From Candidatus Peregrinibacteria bacterium Gr01-1014_25 (lineage in GTDB: Bacteria; Patescibacteriota; Gracilibacteria; Peribacterales; Peribacteraceae): a stretch of 64,000 nucleotides of DNA. A program made the position numbers and the translations under genes. A model generated the notes under the pieces. That model worked only from the letters and a program-made list of their open reading frames with translations, was not told the origin of the DNA and did not search any database. Location of the stretch: positions 94,661-158,660 of the forward strand of contig VMFU01000001.1 in NCBI GenBank assembly GCA_007376205.1. The letters run 5' to 3'. Positions 52,466-62,721 of this stretch are shown here, in pieces (the first letter of the stretch is position 1; each line of letters begins with the position of its first letter).

Positions 52466-52798
52466 CTACCCCGCACCGTAGAGGACGGAAACAACAATGC
52501 GGAGAATTCCCTGGGCGCCTAAAACGAGCGCCAAACCGATGAGCGATTCGATCATGAGCGTTTTCCCGCGCGGCAGGAACGGCTCCTGGCCGCGGGAGAT
52601 GACGATCATGAGCGCGCCGACGATGAATGCGACCGTACAGAACGCGCCGATGGCATACGACAGGAAATACACCACGCGCACGATGAGCTCCGGCAGGCTG
52701 CCGCTGTATCCCGTATTCAAGCAGATGCACCGATCGTCTCCCGCGGGGCAAGCGCATTGCGCATAGGCCGTTTCGATGAGCGAAAGCAGAGAAAACAT
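52466..52798 (-). CDS. TrbC/VirB2-like type IV secretion pilin-like small membrane protein
   Basis: Start at MFSLLSLIETAYAQ (signal-like). It continues with a Cys-rich stretch CACPAGDDRCIC, two TM helices separated by a charged loop (..IVGALMIVISRGQEPFLPRGKTLMIESLIGLALVL..). 110 aa. Confidence 0.5.
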   Translation of the reverse strand: MFSLLSLIETAYAQCACPAGDDRCICLNTGYSGSLPELIVRVVYFLSYAIGAFCTVAFIVGALMIVISRGQEPFLPRGKTLMIESLIGLALVLGAQGILRIVVSVLYGAG

Positions 52799-52893
52799 TC
52801 CCTCCAGTATAGCACAAAAAGGGCCTGCCGACGAAGGAAAAACTCCATCGGTGAATCTTCTCCCGCTCTGGCGTACACTGCCAGCTCTCCCCG

Positions 52894-55800
52894 ATGGATT
52901 TCCAAATCCACTCCCTCGGCCAGGGCCCGCAACCGCGCCGGTTGCGTTCATTGCGGCAGGACCGTCTGGAGGCCGCGCAGCGCCTCCATGCGTCCATCGC
53001 GTGGGCGCGGCAACACCCACGGCGAATCGCCGCGATCTGCGCGGTCGCTCTCGCGGGGTACCTCTCGCTCCTCTGGCTGACGCTGCCGGACATTTCCGAT
53101 CCACGCGCTCTCATCGCGGACACCAGCTCGGTCATCACGGACCGCAACGGCACGGAGCTTTACCGTTTGTATAAAGAAGAAGACCGAACGTTCATCCCCG
53201 GCGAACAAATTCCGGCGCACGTGAAGGAGGCGATCATCGCGATCGAAGACGAACGCTTCTACACCCGCGGCTGCCTGGATATTCGGGCGATCGCGCGTGC
53301 GTTCTTTCGCTTCGGCCAGGCCGGTGGCGCCTCCACGCTCACGCGCCAACTGGCCCGCAACGCGCTCAATCTCAAGCGCGAGAGCATCATCAGCCGCAAA
53401 CTCAAAGAACTCTTCTTGGGTTGCATGCTCGAACGGAGGTACTCGAAGGAAGAACTGCTGGGGTTGTACTTGAACTGGATTCCGTTCGGCAGCAACGCCT
53501 ATGGCATCGAGCAGGCCAGTCGCGTGTACTTCGGAAAATCGGCGTCGGGCCTGACCCTGGCCGAGTCCGCGGTCCTCGCGGCTCTCCCGCAGCGCCCAAC
53601 GTACTTCAGCCCGTACGGCAAGCACGTGCGCACCGACCTGACCGATATCGCGCTGACTGAGTTGTTGCGCGGCGACATCCGCTCGGCGGACGATCTGGAT
53701 GACGAGGACGTCGTCATCGGCCTCATCGGCGACGTCGTCGGCACGGGCGCGACGACGGTGTACGCCGGTGGCCGCACGGATCAGGTGCTGCACAACATGC
53801 AGCAGATGGCATTCATCACCGACACGGAGCGTAACGCGGCACTGCTCGACTTGCGAGCGATGTCGTTCCGTCCGGCCCGTGAGACGATCCGCGCCCCGCA
53901 TTTCGTCCTCTGGGTGCGCCAGACGGTCGACGAAATCCTCGCCGGAACGGAGAGCGCGGACGTCCTCTCTCGCGGCGGACTGCGCATCGAAACCACCCTC
54001 GATTGGGATCTGCAACAGGCAGCAGAGAAAGCCGTTGAGCGCCAACGGAAGGATTTGGTCGACCGTTTCGGCGCACAGAACATCGCCCTCGTCGCCATCG
54101 ATCCATATTCCCGCGACGTCCTCGCGTACGTCGGCAATGCCGACTACGGCGACGATGAACACAGCGGCAAGGTGGACATGGCCCGCGCCCCGCGGCAGCC
54201 GGGATCGACATTCAAGCCTCTCGTCTACTCCGCTGCGTTCCAGAAGGGATACGGCCCCGCCACCGTGCTCTACGACGTGCCGACGAAATTCGGGGAGGAT
54301 GAACCGCAGAACTTCGACGGGACGTTCTGGGGGCTGACCGATGCGCGACACGCGCTCGGCGGATCGCGCAACATCCCCGCCATCAAGGCCTACTACCTGG
54401 CCGGCGAGGATGAACGGGAGGAGCGCATTCTGTCGCTCGTCGCCGACATGGGCGCGCCGACGCCGAAGCGCGTCTGGGAGGAGCACCGCGCCGCCGATCG
54501 CGCGGCGGGCGTCGCGGAAGACAGTCTGTTCTCCTACGGCTATCCGCTGGCCATCGGCGCGGCGGAAACCCCGCTTCTGGAAATGGTCCAGGCCTATGCC
54601 ACGTTCGCAGATGAGGGTCGCTTCCGCCCGGTCACGGCGATCAACCGCATCCTCGACCGCAGCGGCAACATCCTCTACGCGGCCGACCGGCAGTCGCCGG
54701 CCGACGTTCTCGACCCGCGCATCGCCTACCAGATCACGTCGATCTTGAGCGACCCCAATGCCCGCCCGAATGCCTACTGGCGCGAGGTGCTGTCCGTCCC
54801 CGGATGGGAGGCCGGCGCCAAAACCGGCACGAGCAACAAATGTCTGGAGCGGTTCGAGGCCGGCAAGGACAAAGGGAAGTGTAAGGATCGCAAGCCGTCC
54901 GATCTGTGGACCATCGGTTTCTCGCCCGCGCTCGTCGCCGGCGTTTGGGTAGGGAATGCCGACGGCACGGGGCTCTCGACCGCCGCGGAGTCGCTCATCA
55001 CGGCCGCGCCGATTTGGAAGAACTTCATGACCGCGGCCCACGCGGTGATGAAGACCGCACCCGCCGCCTTCTCCGTTCCTCCGGGCATCGTCTCCCCGCA
55101 AATTTCCGCGTTGTCAGGACAGCTGCCGACGACATGCACGCCCATCGAGCGTCGCCGCGCCGACGTCTTCCTCGATGAATCGGCCCCGATCCAGGACGAT
55201 CCCGCATGCGCCGAACTGGAGATCGACAGGGTGACGGGGCTTCTGGCGTCGGAGGAGTGCCCGGCGGAAGCGCGTGAGAAGCACGGCTTCCTCATTGCCC
55301 GCAGTATCGCCGCGGAACGCTGGCCGCTGTGGGAGAGCGGTGTGCAGGAATGGGCCGCCAAACAGATGGCCCTCTACCTCGTCCGTCCCGACCACTCCGG
55401 TTCCCTGTTGCCGTTGCCGCTCGCGCCGACCGAAACATGCCGCCTGTCCCTGACGCCGGGACGTCTGGAGAAGCCGACGGTCCGCATCCTCTCGCCCGAA
55501 GACGGCGGCTTGGCCTCGCATCCCGCTTTCCGCCCATCCCTCGACATCGACTCCGCGTCGGGCGTTCGCGAGGTGCGCTACATGATCGACGGTAAGAACG
55601 TCCTCACGAGCTCCGGCTCGGCCCGCGTGACCATCACCGCTCCTCGTAGTATGGACACGGCCGGGCAGCACACGCTCCGCGTCGTTGTTGTCGACCGGTA
55701 CTTCAATGAAGCCTTCGCCGAGACGCGCTTCCGTTTCGGGGAAGACAAAGACCCGCCGCACATCCGGCTGGTTTCCCCGGCAAACGGCATGCACATTCCG

Positions 55801-56028
55801 TCGGGGACGACAGTGACACTGCGCGCCGACGCGGGCGACGGCAATGGCGCCCTCAAGTACGTGCAGTTCTTCCTCGGCGAACGCCTGCTGACGACGAAAC
55901 CCGCCGCCCCCTTCGAGCTTCAGTATCCCGTGGAGTGGAAACCGGGCGAGTATTCTCTGCGGGCCGTCGCGACGGACGTTGCGGGGAACACGGCGGAGGA
56001 CAGCATCGCGATCACAGTGACGCAGTAA
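52894..56028 (+). CDS. Penicillin-binding protein 1A (GT51 transglycosylase + transpeptidase) with a C-terminal Ig-like extension
   Basis: IAIEDERFYTRGCLD and RKLKE (GT51). PGSTFKPLVYSAA (SxxK) and KTGTS (KTG). The C-terminal ~300 aa carry two Ig-like units (VRILSPEDGG.., IRLVSPANGMHIPSGTTVTLRA..YSLRAVATDVAGN). Confidence 0.9.
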   Translation: MDFQIHSLGQGPQPRRLRSLRQDRLEAAQRLHASIAWARQHPRRIAAICAVALAGYLSLLWLTLPDISDPRALIADTSSVITDRNGTELYRLYKEEDRTFIPGEQIPAHVKEAIIAIEDERFYTRGCLDIRAIARAFFRFGQAGGASTLTRQLARNALNLKRESIISRKLKELFLGCMLERRYSKEELLGLYLNWIPFGSNAYGIEQASRVYFGKSASGLTLAESAVLAALPQRPTYFSPYGKHVRTDLTDIALTELLRGDIRSADDLDDEDVVIGLIGDVVGTGATTVYAGGRTDQVLHNMQQMAFITDTERNAALLDLRAMSFRPARETIRAPHFVLWVRQTVDEILAGTESADVLSRGGLRIETTLDWDLQQAAEKAVERQRKDLVDRFGAQNIALVAIDPYSRDVLAYVGNADYGDDEHSGKVDMARAPRQPGSTFKPLVYSAAFQKGYGPATVLYDVPTKFGEDEPQNFDGTFWGLTDARHALGGSRNIPAIKAYYLAGEDEREERILSLVADMGAPTPKRVWEEHRAADRAAGVAEDSLFSYGYPLAIGAAETPLLEMVQAYATFADEGRFRPVTAINRILDRSGNILYAADRQSPADVLDPRIAYQITSILSDPNARPNAYWREVLSVPGWEAGAKTGTSNKCLERFEAGKDKGKCKDRKPSDLWTIGFSPALVAGVWVGNADGTGLSTAAESLITAAPIWKNFMTAAHAVMKTAPAAFSVPPGIVSPQISALSGQLPTTCTPIERRRADVFLDESAPIQDDPACAELEIDRVTGLLASEECPAEAREKHGFLIARSIAAERWPLWESGVQEWAAKQMALYLVRPDHSGSLLPLPLAPTETCRLSLTPGRLEKPTVRILSPEDGGLASHPAFRPSLDIDSASGVREVRYMIDGKNVLTSSGSARVTITAPRSMDTAGQHTLRVVVVDRYFNEAFAETRFRFGEDKDPPHIRLVSPANGMHIPSGTTVTLRADAGDGNGALKYVQFFLGERLLTTKPAAPFELQYPVEWKPGEYSLRAVATDVAGNTAEDSIAITVTQ

Positions 56029-56042
56029 TAAAGCTTCAGCAG

Positions 56043-56777
56043 CTATCCGGTAATCTCCGCATTCGTGGATACTTGCGACACGTCGTCGTCTTCCTCGAGC
56101 CCCTCGACGAACGTGACGAGCTTCTGTACGACTTCGCCCGTAACCACCGTCTTCTGGGTCGGTACGAATTGCATCCCGGCCAAGACAACCTCGTAGCCGC
56201 TCTGTTTCAGGAAGTCGCGGATTTTCGTCCATTCGCCTACCCCCGTCGTTACCGTTAATACGCCATCGCTCTCGTCAATATCCTCCGCTCCGAAATCGAT
56301 GAGCTCCAACTCCAATTCCTCCAAAGATTTCGTGCTGGCCGCTGTGCGCTGTGCGCTGACCACTCCTTTGTGGGTGAACATCCACTGCACGCTGGCGGTC
56401 TCGGCGAACCGTCCGCCCTTCCTGTCGATGATCATCTTCACGTTCCCAAGCGTGCGGTTCTTGTTGTCGGTCAGGCATTCGATGAGGCAGGCGACGCCGC
56501 CCGGGCCCATCGCCGCGTAGAGCACCTCCGCCATCTGCTCGCCCTTGAGCGCGCCAATACCCTTCTTGATCGCACGCTCGATGTTCGCATTCGGCACGTT
56601 CTCCGCACGCGCGTTGTCGATGGCGACGCGCAACGACGAATTCGTAACCGGATCGTCGCCGCCGGCACGAGCGGCCATCTCGATCAGACGCGCATGGCGC
56701 GTGTACACCTTCCCCCGCCGCGCGTCCTCGGCGGTCTTCTTGACGCGAATATTATGCCACTTGCTATGACCCGACAT
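56043..56777 (-). CDS. YebC/PmpR-family DNA-binding transcriptional regulator
   Basis: MSGHSKWHNIRVKKTAEDARRGKVYTRHARLIEMAAR.. Confidence 0.9.
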   Translation of the reverse strand: MSGHSKWHNIRVKKTAEDARRGKVYTRHARLIEMAARAGGDDPVTNSSLRVAIDNARAENVPNANIERAIKKGIGALKGEQMAEVLYAAMGPGGVACLIECLTDNKNRTLGNVKMIIDRKGGRFAETASVQWMFTHKGVVSAQRTAASTKSLEELELELIDFGAEDIDESDGVLTVTTGVGEWTKIRDFLKQSGYEVVLAGMQFVPTQKTVVTGEVVQKLVTFVEGLEEDDDVSQVSTNAEITG

Positions 56778-56873
56778 ACGAGAGAGGAAGAATGTTCCTT
56801 GCCCTTCCGTAGCTGCAGAGGAGCGAAGGAAGGTGCCATGTACTGTGGCCGGATATAATGAGATTGTACAGCC

Positions 56874-57107
56874 ATGACATCCCGCTTGCCCTCTGACGAA
56901 GCGATTGCCAAAGTCATCATGAGTTACACGGGTCATGATGAGTTTCGCATCACGCTCACAGCGGCGGATGTCCCCGTTCTTCTGCCGATCGTGAAGGAAA
57001 AACTCTTGACGCTCGGTGGACTGTCACGACACAGCACGGGCATCCGCGAAGCTCTTGCGCATGCCTTGATGAGTTCGCGTTGGCTGCATCGTAACACTGA
57101 CAAATAG
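56874..57107 (+). CDS. Small hypothetical protein (77 aa)
   Basis: The ORF sits in an otherwise empty gap and a TATAAT box at 56854-56859 lies upstream. There is no recognisable family. Confidence 0.3.
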   Translation: MTSRLPSDEAIAKVIMSYTGHDEFRITLTAADVPVLLPIVKEKLLTLGGLSRHSTGIREALAHALMSSRWLHRNTDK

Positions 57108-57142
57108 GCTCTTCTACGGTCGGAGAAACTCTTGTGCGGTAA

Positions 57143-57379
57143 CTATTTCCTGTACGCGAGCATCGCCATGAAGCGTGCGCGCTCGATCGCGGTCTTGAGC
57201 ATCTTCTGATGCTTCAGGCACACGCCCGTGTAATACCGCTGGCGGATATTGCCGAAGTAGTCGATGTACGGCTTCATCGTCGGGTAGTCCTTGTAGTCGA
57301 TGAAACGTACCTCCTTCGGACAGAAGGGGCAGAGTTTCTGCCGTGGATCGCTGCGCTGCTGGGACTGCTTCTTGGCCAT
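57143..57379 (-). CDS. rpsR: 30S ribosomal protein S18
   Basis: ..CPFCPKEVRFIDYKDYPTMKPYIDYFGNIRQRYYTGVCLKHQKMLKTAIERARFMAML.. Confidence 0.95.
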   Translation of the reverse strand: MAKKQSQQRSDPRQKLCPFCPKEVRFIDYKDYPTMKPYIDYFGNIRQRYYTGVCLKHQKMLKTAIERARFMAMLAYRK

Positions 57380-57945
57380 CAGAGATTGAGGGAATCGTCG
57401 GAGATGATCTTGTCGATCTGCACATCGAGAGATTCCACGGGGCGCACCGGAGTCGTCGAGGTCGCATCGGCCTTCTTCGTCGCACGCTTCGTCTGACGCT
57501 TGGCCTTCTCAACGACCTGCTGCTTGAGCTTCTCTTCGCGCTCGCGCTCCTCGCGCTCCACCGAAGCGACCCGCTGTACCTGCCAATCCTCGAACGCCTT
57601 CGCGTAGGCGATGAAGGGATAGTTCTTCGGCACGGTGATGATCATATGACGCAAGATGCCCTTGAGGATCTTGAGCTGCTGCTCCACGTCCTTCACTTTC
57701 TCGGGAGCCATATCGTAATACAGGATGACGTAGTTCCCCTCACGCAAACCGCCGACGGGATACGCAAGGCCGCGGCGTCCCCACGCGTCCTTCGCCACCT
57801 GCTTGGCACCGACGTCGTCGAAAATCTGCTCGATGCTCTTGAGCAGCTGTTGCTCTTCCTTCTGCTGCATCGGGTACGGATACAACACCGCGATCTCGTA
57901 GACACGGTTGTCTTCGATGGCCGATGTCAGGACAGGCGTACTCAT
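57379..57945 (-). CDS. rpsF: 30S ribosomal protein S6 with a Lys/Glu-rich C-terminal extension
   Basis: Start at MSTPVLTSAIEDNRVYEIAVLY... DAWGRRGLAYPV is present. The stop overlaps the rpsR start by 1 nt (TGATG). 188 aa. Confidence 0.9.
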   Translation of the reverse strand: MSTPVLTSAIEDNRVYEIAVLYPYPMQQKEEQQLLKSIEQIFDDVGAKQVAKDAWGRRGLAYPVGGLREGNYVILYYDMAPEKVKDVEQQLKILKGILRHMIITVPKNYPFIAYAKAFEDWQVQRVASVEREEREREEKLKQQVVEKAKRQTKRATKKADATSTTPVRPVESLDVQIDKIISDDSLNL

Positions 57946-58115
57946 AGGCGACTCGCGGACGAAGTCCACCCTGAGCATTGTCGAATGGGTGGGCAAAGCC
58001 CTGTACCCAAGCGCACATGGGCGCGAGTGGTTCAGGGAAGTCAGCCGCGGCAGCGTAGCAGGGATGGAATGGGCGTCAAGCGCCCCGATATGCGGAAAAA
58101 TCCCCTGCCCCTCAC

Positions 58116-58143
58116 TTGACCGGCCCCCTCCGACGGGTACAAT
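58116..58143 (+). promoter_or_regulatory. Candidate sigma70-type promoter of the 16S rRNA gene
   Basis: TTGACC (58116-58121) - 16 nt - TACAAT (58138-58143), about 300 nt upstream of the mature 5' end. Confidence 0.5.
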
Positions 58144-58251
58144 CCCGTGGCTCTTCCCTGCTTTTCGGCCCCTTGGCCTTCAGGTGCAGGGGGAGAAATT
58201 TTTCGTCGGTACGGCATCCGCATGGGTGTGCGCCGCGATGCAGCCCTTTCA

Positions 58252-58273
58252 CAGCATCGTGTAGTAGAGAAGT
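58252..58273 (+). other. 5' half of the pre-16S processing stem
   Basis: CAGCATCGTGTAGTAGAGAAGT is complementary (21/22) to 60071-60092. Confidence 0.75.
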
Positions 58274-58439
58274 GAGTCCACTGGAATTCCGCAAGGAACG
58301 ACAGTGGGTGTGTTCATCTCCCTCGGCCGCAAGGCAGAGGGATGCATGACCCAATTTTCCTTTGAATTTTTTCTGAACAGCAAATTCACCCCGCGAAGCT
58401 CCGCAAGGAGCGTCGTAGGGTCGAGTCAATCAATTCTTC

Positions 58440-59907
<1,468 letters not shown>

Positions 59908-60070
59908 CCAGGGAGCAAAAACATTGGTACCGCATGCGCTGGATAGTGTCCGAACGTCGCGCCGGCCATCTCGGCAGACGCCATCATGCGGATTTGATTG
60001 CCTCGGGGGATACTCCTGCTGCTCTGCATCTTTCCGTCACGGAAGGAGTCAGGGCAGCGGGCCCGAGGAA

Positions 60071-60092
60071 ACTTCTCTACTACACAATGCTG
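60071..60092 (+). other. 3' half of the pre-16S processing stem
   Basis: ACTTCTCTACTACACAATGCTG pairs with 58252-58273. Confidence 0.75.
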
Positions 60093-60117
60093 TGAATGAG
60101 TCTTCGATTTGCTCTAT

Positions 60118-60145
60118 TTGACATATAATAAAATTGTAATATAAT
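60118..60145 (+). promoter_or_regulatory. Near-consensus sigma70 promoter
   Basis: TTGACA (60118-60123) - 16 nt - TATAAT (60140-60145), 76 nt upstream of ATG 60222. Confidence 0.55.
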
Positions 60146-60221
60146 TACTGATAGGCTCTTTTGCACCAACGGGTTGCAAAATCCGCATCTGTCGGAAGGC
60201 GCATAACCGGAGATTTATCTC

Positions 60222-60740
60222 ATGCGCAAGATCGTGAAACTGTTGGCCGCGGCTCACGCCATCATTCTGCGGCTGAAGTGGGACCTGCTGCTCGCCCAAG
60301 TCCTCGACAAGGTCGTCCTGGTCTACGAAAGTCGCGCGGGGGTGGCGCTGGAAAAAGCGACCACGGACATGCACTTCGCAGGATCTCATGACGGGACACT
60401 CGTCGCCGGGGTCAAGCAGATGCTGATCATCTGGCAGACGGATAACGTCGTGACACCTGATGACGGGGGCAAAAACACGCCGATCATCCCCGCCATCTGC
60501 CACATCCCCCTCGACCTGGAAACGGGCTGCGAACCGACCGCGGTGGCCTTCTACGACAATGACCTCGTCATCGTCGGCGACAATCGGGGTTTTGTGCGAT
60601 TCTTCCGCGTCCATGACGGGTACGAACTCAAGGCGCTGAAAGCTGGATCGCCGGTCGAGTTCCTGACCGCCTGGAAGGGCCAAGTAATCTGCAAGACGAT
60701 GCAGGGACCGGTCGCTTTCGAGATCATCGACGAACAGTAG
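60222..60740 (+). CDS. Hypothetical protein (172 aa)
   Basis: Sits between a strong promoter upstream and a strong terminator downstream. It has beta-rich sequence (..LVAGVKQMLIIWQTDN.., ..VAFYDNDLVIVGDNRGFVRFFRVHDG..). No family was recognised. Confidence 0.6.
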   Translation: MRKIVKLLAAAHAIILRLKWDLLLAQVLDKVVLVYESRAGVALEKATTDMHFAGSHDGTLVAGVKQMLIIWQTDNVVTPDDGGKNTPIIPAICHIPLDLETGCEPTAVAFYDNDLVIVGDNRGFVRFFRVHDGYELKALKAGSPVEFLTAWKGQVICKTMQGPVAFEIIDEQ

Positions 60741-60762
60741 CAACCCGACGGCAAAGGAAGCC

Positions 60763-60796
60763 GAACCCCGCATGCGCTGCATGCGGGGTTCTTTTT
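60763..60796. terminator. Bidirectional Rho-independent terminator
   Basis: GAACCCCGCATGC-gct-GCATGCGGGGTTC (12-13 bp stem) followed by TTTTT. It lies between convergent genes, and the T-tract overlaps the stop of the minus-strand gene. Confidence 0.7.
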
Positions 60797-61508
60797 ATGG
60801 GCGCAGAGATCGCATCGCCGCGGCACGAGCATCCTTTGGTAGTCGCGCGACGAGCTCGCCCAGGAAGCCCTCGACGATCAACTGCCGCGCTTTGTCTGGC
60901 GGCACGCCGCGCGAGGTGAGGTAGAAGATGTCCTGCGGCTGCACTCTGCTCACCGACGCGCTGTGACTTGCTTTCACGTCGCTCGTGCGGATGTCGAGCG
61001 CGGGAACGGCGTCGACCTTCGCCGTCGCATCAAGCATCAGCACATCCTGCGTCAGATACGCATCGGTGCCGGCCGCACGCGGACCGACGGCGATCAACCC
61101 CGCGCAGGCGAGTTTGCCCGTCCCTGCGGCGACGCCGCGCATGGTGATCTCCCCGCTCCCCTGCCTGCCGAGGAAGTGATTCTCGACGGAGAGGCGCACA
61201 CCATCGCCGTTTGCAGCAAGCGCCGTCCATTCCACTGTACTGGAGGCGGCCACACCTTCGATGTGTGTCGTAATGCGGCGCTCCCCCTTCCCGCCAATGG
61301 TGACGATCTGCCAGAGGATGGCGGCGTCCTGTTCCAAAGCGGCTGACAATTCTCTGCGGCCGCTGCCGTGATCATCGATCCAGACGACGGTCGCGTGCGC
61401 GCCGCGCTGCACGCGGATGTCCTTCAATGCCTTCGTCACAACAACGGTCCTGCGCTGCCCGCGCTTGACGAGCAGTGAAGGGACGGCGCGCGCCACGCGT
61501 TTTGACAT
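60795..61508 (-). CDS. SufB/SufD-family Fe-S cluster assembly protein (short, SufD-like)
   Basis: 237 aa. C-terminal core is TDAYLTQDVLMLDATAKVDAVPALDIRTSDVKASHSASVSRVQPQDIFYLTSRGVPPDKARQLIVEGFL. Confidence 0.7.
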   Translation of the reverse strand: MSKRVARAVPSLLVKRGQRRTVVVTKALKDIRVQRGAHATVVWIDDHGSGRRELSAALEQDAAILWQIVTIGGKGERRITTHIEGVAASSTVEWTALAANGDGVRLSVENHFLGRQGSGEITMRGVAAGTGKLACAGLIAVGPRAAGTDAYLTQDVLMLDATAKVDAVPALDIRTSDVKASHSASVSRVQPQDIFYLTSRGVPPDKARQLIVEGFLGELVARLPKDARAAAMRSLRP

Positions 61509-61575
61509 GGGGCCAGTATGCAGGAAAATGGCGGAGGTAGCCGAAAAACACCTCCGCCCCTAAATCGGCCATTCA

Positions 61576-61603
61576 TTGCAAAATTTGAGAAATACTGTAT
61601 AAT
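61576..61603 (+). promoter_or_regulatory. Candidate promoter producing a leaderless mRNA
   Basis: TTGCAA - 16 nt - TATAAT (61598-61603), then 6 nt (tactac), then ATG 61610. Confidence 0.5.
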
Positions 61604-61609
61604 TACTAC

Positions 61610-62212
61610 ATGAGCACTCCACGACTCCACGTCCAGGGGCTGACGCCTGCCGAGGGGGACGGCACACCCGAAGCCGGCGAACACGATGCGCCGCAAACGT
61701 TCATCGGCCGTATCCGGCGGGGCTTGCGCAGCATGTTCGGCGGCACCGCACCGACTGCGCCCGAGACATCGCCCCAACGGCGCACCGTCGAGCTGCAGGA
61801 GGGCGTTGCGACGCTGCGTTTCGAGTTCGACGATGCCAATCGCGTATGTACCGTCACGCGCAAGGAAATGCAGCCCGGCCGCTATACATCAACGGAGGCA
61901 ACGCGTTTCTCCGTCACGGTGGCGTTGTCACCACAGCAATACGCCGAAGCGGCGATCATGGTGCAGCAGGCCGAGTCCCTCCCCCGCAACCGCGCGGCCC
62001 TGCTCAAAGCATTCGACGTCCACGACACGCTCCGCACCGCGGTCCATGCAGGAATGATTGAACAGTGTTTTGCAGACACGTTGCGGGTCATTCGCGAGCA
62101 GCAGGAGGCGGCGCACCGCACCGAGACAGCGAAACGTTCGGAACCCCGGGCGAATCCCGACGCAGCGGAGGACTTGGAAGCGCATCTTGCGCGACGCCGC
62201 GGGAAGAAGTGA
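61610..62212 (+). CDS. Hypothetical protein (200 aa)
   Basis: The plus-strand ORF has a balanced composition, whereas the antisense shadow ORF 61882-63030 is Arg/Ala/Ser-rich. No family was recognised. Confidence 0.5.
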   Translation: MSTPRLHVQGLTPAEGDGTPEAGEHDAPQTFIGRIRRGLRSMFGGTAPTAPETSPQRRTVELQEGVATLRFEFDDANRVCTVTRKEMQPGRYTSTEATRFSVTVALSPQQYAEAAIMVQQAESLPRNRAALLKAFDVHDTLRTAVHAGMIEQCFADTLRVIREQQEAAHRTETAKRSEPRANPDAAEDLEAHLARRRGKK

Positions 62213-62238
62213 GACAAGGTGTATACTGACACACTGCT

Positions 62239-62667
62239 ATGCGCGGAATGGAACCCGGCGTGCACTATGGCTTCGACAGGCGGACGCCCTGGCTGCGGCA
62301 TGTTCACAGGCAGCGCGAAGCACCGCCCAAGCAGCTCCTCGGCCTCCACGATCCGATCACGCCGGAGGAGTTGGAGGCGTACCGAACGCTGGAGGGCGAA
62401 TCGCTCATCTTCCGTCTCGTTCAACTGCAACTGGTAACACGCGAGCAACTTCGACAGATGTTTAAGCAGAAGCAGCAATACGTCCGCACGCACAACAAAC
62501 CCCTGCGCAAGAAAGTCGATCGCGAGCGGCGACTGCCGCGGCCCGAATTTTACGCGTTCGTCGGGCAACTCCACCGCGAGCGCTATCTCCCCGCCATCGA
62601 GGCGTTCATGCGCGGCGGTCACGCATCGCCGCGCGCAGCGATGGAGGCTCTTCTGGGAGAAAAGTAG
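62239..62667 (+). CDS. Hypothetical protein (142 aa)
   Basis: Follows the previous ORF after a 26-nt gap. It is Lys/Arg/Gln-rich and helical in appearance. No family was recognised. Confidence 0.45.
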   Translation: MRGMEPGVHYGFDRRTPWLRHVHRQREAPPKQLLGLHDPITPEELEAYRTLEGESLIFRLVQLQLVTREQLRQMFKQKQQYVRTHNKPLRKKVDRERRLPRPEFYAFVGQLHRERYLPAIEAFMRGGHASPRAAMEALLGEK

Positions 62668-62721
62668 GTTTTTCACAGCATAACCGGCGATACGCTGGCG
62701 CTTCACAGAAACAGGTGAAAG

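Noticed and set aside
59908-60221. I looked for ITS tRNAs (Ile/Ala), 23S or 5S rRNA downstream of the 16S.
   Set aside because: No cloverleaf-compatible sequence and no 23S 5' conserved block is present. The trailer closes the processing stem, and a consensus promoter for a protein gene follows.
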